Below are positions 34,618 to 38,269 of a stretch of DNA of 38,269 bases, in pieces. A model generated the notes under the pieces. That model was not told the DNA's origin. It searched no databases and was given only the letters and a program-made list of their open reading frames with translations. The stretch is taken from IMG/VR virus record IMGVR_UViG_3300029705_000074; one strand, written 5' to 3'. The DNA comes from a virus. Each line of letters starts with the position of its first letter. Position 1 is the first letter of the stretch. Made by a program: the position numbers and the translations under genes.

Positions 34618-35298
34618 TTACGCTACGCGTCTTACTTTAACACCTGGTTGCATATCAGGTGTGGTGTAAACCTTGTCAACCACGAAACAAGGATCGAGAT
34701 CGCCACCGGCGCCCTCGCCAGCAACAAGATAGCCATCAGCGCCAATCTTGAGCAAGTCACCCTTGTTCAGAGAACCAATTTCTGCCATAATAGTATTGGT
34801 GGTCCAATGATCGCCAACACTGATGTAGAGAACACGGGGAACCATCTTTGTTCCTTCGGGCATCATCTGAGGATAGTTGAAAGTACCAACCTGCTTCTGA
34901 TAGCCAACGGTAGTGCCCTCACGGACTGCACTGTCGGAATAATCAAGAACAGTCTGCATAGCAGAGCTATCCTGACCAACAGGGCTATAAACACGAGCAT
35001 TATAATTCTGCTTAATCATAGCAAAATCAGCTTCGGTCTCACGGTCACGATAAATCTTGACCTCATTGAAAACCATCATCCAAGCGCCTGCGGCCTTCTC
35101 AGCGGAGAAGCTGCAAACACCATTGCTGTAATCATACTTCACGAACTGGCCGTTCTCAAGCAGGTCGATGTCTGCTGCAGCGGGAAGCTGTGCGTAAACC
35201 TGACCATTACGTGGAGCAGAAAGGTGGTTAGGTTCAACCTGACCATAACCATACTGGACATAAGTCGCCTTACCAAGGCGAGTACCACTTTTAGCCAT
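34618..35298 (-). CDS. head protein (function unassigned), 226 aa
   Basis: Uninterrupted ORF. AAGGAGGAAATTACAC-ATG. TAA stop. Confidence 0.5.
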   Translation of the reverse strand: MAKSGTRLGKATYVQYGYGQVEPNHLSAPRNGQVYAQLPAAADIDLLENGQFVKYDYSNGVCSFSAEKAAGAWMMVFNEVKIYRDRETEADFAMIKQNYNARVYSPVGQDSSAMQTVLDYSDSAVREGTTVGYQKQVGTFNYPQMMPEGTKMVPRVLYISVGDHWTTNTIMAEIGSLNKGDLLKIGADGYLVAGEGAGGDLDPCFVVDKVYTTPDMQPGVKVRRVA

Positions 35299-35312
35299 GT
35301 GTAATTTCCTCC

Positions 35313-36605
35313 TTAATTTTTCTTAGCAGTATTGCGTACTGCCTTTACCCAATCTGGAGCATTGTCTTGCTCTTCAGCACCGTTAAGATTGAACATACCG
35401 GTGGGAGCATCAGGTTTCTGCTCCTCTTGTTCTTGTGGCTTATTAAGGTTGAAATCAACCTTGTTACGCACACAGATAACAGAGAGTTTAGCCTCAATGT
35501 CATCTAGAGAATAAGTATCAATATGCTCAACGACTTCCTTCTTGTCTTCGTCAGTCAGCATATAGAAACTATCAATCATAGACTGCTTATCCTTACGCTC
35601 GGCCTGTAGCTTGAACTCTTTCAAACCACTAACCTCTGCTTCAAGATTAGCTTTATCCTGCTCAAGAGCACTATACTTACCCTGGAGCTCCTCATACTGA
35701 GCTTTCAGCTCAACATACTCGGTAACTTCCTCAAGAGTATAGTTCTTCTTATCTTTCTTATCATCTTCAGCAGGCTTGTCTTCGGGCTTATTGTCCCCAT
35801 CTGCAGGAGCGGAAGCGGGAGTTTCCTTCTGCTTCTCTTCCTCTTGCTCAGGAGTCTTCTTTTCGAATTCATTCTCTGGGTTTAGAACCAGGTCTTTATT
35901 CTCTTCCATAGGACCCTAAGAACCTCCTTCATTCAAAGTATTTTGTAGCTCGGTTATCATAGAGAACATGGTCCGCTTGAATTCTTGGAACTCAGGATTG
36001 TTCTCTAGGGAGAATTCGGTTTTGAACTGCGCGCCTTCGAAGCAAGGCTCGACGTTCTCCCCAAGGATACACAATTTTTCTATCAATGCTTCATTGTAAA
36101 TGAAAATTCTTCCACGCGAATTATCTGCTTCTGCCCAAAAACCTTCTTGAAATTCTTTGGACAACTCCATAGAGTGATTATTACCTTGAGTAATGATACG
36201 CTGGGACTCGGGATAGGCCCCAGTCCAAATGTAACATTCAGTCACAAGATACTCTCTCTCAACGCCATCATCATCTCTGAATTTCTGAAACCAAACTCTT
36301 GCATTGGGAGGAACAAAACCATAGGGTCTTGTCACATCCACAACTTTAAGTTTGCCTCCACCTATCTGGACTTCTCGGTTATGTCCTTCAAAGTCTTTTA
36401 AGCTCTCATTGTAGTAACCCACAACAGGAGAACCAGGTAATTTCTTACCAAGCTTATAGGCTAATTCCTTTGTGATAACAGTATTGTTTCTGTTAGGTTC
36501 TTGACCAACATAGCAAACTTTCACGTAGCATTTACTGATCAAAGGGGATACTTCTGTCGCACTGATATACTCCATAGTATCAGAAGTTGGAATACTGATA
36601 TGCAA
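35313..36605 (-). CDS. putative prohead protease-scaffolding fusion protein, 430 aa, 1 in-frame TAG (35916)
   Basis: Track ORFs 35916-36605 (229 aa) and 35313-35909 (198 aa, acidic/Lys-rich, coiled-coil, scaffold-like) are co-frame. Only TAG + 2 codons separate them. TTG start 36605 has AAAGGAGGG upstream. TAA stop 35313. Confidence 0.45.
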
Positions 36606-36619
36606 GTTTAGCCCCTCCT

Positions 36620-38266
36620 TTATTGTGATTCGCCGTTGATAATGGTCTTGTCAGATTTTTCCTGTTCGGGTTTCTCTGGACGACCATTCTTCTTTTCGCC
36701 TACCACAGCAGTTTCCGCCTATTTATTTTGAGTTTTATTCTTAGTATCCTAATTATTCTTGTCCAAGTCTTTTCCACTCATTGTACTACTCATCATTGGA
36801 GGTATCATAATATCAGCAAGACTAAGAACTTCATTCTCAAAAGTCAAGGTTGCCAGAATACTTGACTGGGAGTGACCAAGAGCAATTAAAGATAATAGCT
36901 TTGGCCCACCAATTTGCATTTGCTCCTTATACATCTTCGACAAGTCTCGGTAATTAAACTGAGTAGTCTCCAACATACTTACCCTAAACTCATAATGATT
37001 TTTACGGTTGAACCGTTGAATTACACGAGTAAACATGGTAGCAAACTGCAACGGTAAATCTCTCATGTGCGCTTCGTCAACCAAAATTGCATTAGTGGTT
37101 GCCAAGTTACCATCCGCATTGAATAGATTATGAGACACACCAGCATTGTTATACACGGTACGCTCCACTTTTTCAAGGTCGTCGGTACTGGTTGCAGAAT
37201 TTGCATCCTTAGTGTCAATCTTCTCAATATCAGCAAAAGTAGTCAACACATCAATGCCAATCGCGCGTTTAAGCATGGCAACCGCATTATTGTGAATATC
37301 TTTTGCTTCATCTACATCGAAAATCAAGTCACCATTCTTATCAAGAGGCAACTTCTGAACGATAATCTTGAGTAACTGCTGCATTGTTTTTTGTCTATCA
37401 AGCTCTTGAGCTTGGTCAAGGTCAATAATAGACGGAATCACGCTAACAAAAGAAGGGAAGTCACAATCATTCAAGCTAAGTTTTACAGAAACCTCCGGGT
37501 CTAACGGATACCAACAACTGCGGTCGCCGGGGTAATCTCCCTTTAACCTACCTTGTTTATACAGTACATAAGCCTGTTGGATATCCTTAGGGAAGGTCTT
37601 TAGAATCGTTGCTCTGTATTGCCAGTTTGGGAAATACGCATCAAAGAACTGTAGATTTAGCTCAATAATTGGGGTAATTCCAGAATAGTAACGACTGCGG
37701 CAATAGGTGGCTGGCAGCTTTTGGACTCCAAAACGATCGCCGAAATCCACGATAGTGGCATAATAGGCTCCTTCTTTGATGATATCCAAAGCTATCTTAT
37801 CGCACATTCGCTTCACGTCAGACTTATCCAAATAAGAAAGCACTTTAGAGAAATCTTTCAAGACTTTGTTTTGATTTTCCTTGGATGCATCATCTACATA
37901 TGGAGTTACATACCAGTCATAACGATAAAGCTTCGCTAAATAATTGCACAGTCTATAGTAAATACCGCTTGACTCATAGAAGTAATTAGAAATCTCTCTA
38001 AGCGTACTATAATCATGACGATAAATAGCATTTAAGACAAAGGTCTTATTACCATAGTTCGCGTTTACCTTCTTATATGAACCAAGGTTAACGAGCACAT
38101 CATCGGTCTTCCGCATACCAATTCTCAAAGCTGCGAAGTCTCTCGACGTATCGTATTCTTCACCATCGGCGGTAATATCCAACTGATAAGTTGTGTTGGG
38201 TTTTTCTGTCATGTCAAACCCTTTAGGGTGAGCACTACGTTGTCGCTGTTTTAGCAAGATTATCAC
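36620..38266 (-). CDS. putative portal protein, at least 548 aa (5' end may extend beyond window), 2 in-frame TAG (36749, 36719)
   Basis: Large ORF at the head of the morphogenesis module. The track stop 36749 is TAG. The frame continues to TAA 36620-36622. A plausible internal ATG start is at 38212. Confidence 0.45.
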
Positions 38267-38269
38267 CTC

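Overview
This window is a bacteriophage late-gene region that reads TAG (amber) as a sense codon, and it contains a complete diversity-generating retroelement (DGR).

Structural genes on the minus strand (3483-38266):
- A head module: portal, a putative prohead protease-scaffold fusion, a head protein, the major capsid protein and small connector-like proteins.
- A tail module: major tail protein (followed by a terminator), a 487-aa tail protein, a chaperone-like protein, a ~3044-aa tape measure protein, and a 1342-aa tail fibre.
- Several further large baseplate or fibre proteins.

Plus strand (1-3436):
- A DGR cassette: the last 30 bp of a variable repeat (VR) at the 3' end of an upstream target gene, an avd-like gene, a 97-bp AAC-rich template repeat (TR), and a DGR-type reverse transcriptase (RT).
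- A hypothetical gene and a small membrane protein.

Stop-codon reassignment:
- Essentially every long gene contains in-frame TAG codons; I counted roughly 70 by hand.
- The minus-strand frame stays open across TAG for kilobases (one ORF runs 17371-26505 with about 24 TAGs).
- Genes terminate only at TAA or TGA. Many of those stops sit on the next gene's AAGGAGG ribosome-binding site or form ATGA overlaps.
- This is amber reassignment, most plausibly to Gln as in genetic code 15, so the supplied ORF track systematically fragments and truncates genes.

Limits:
- Coordinates of merged genes come from manual frame-walking and could be off at starts.
- All functional calls except RT, TR, VR and tape measure are positional or compositional inference.
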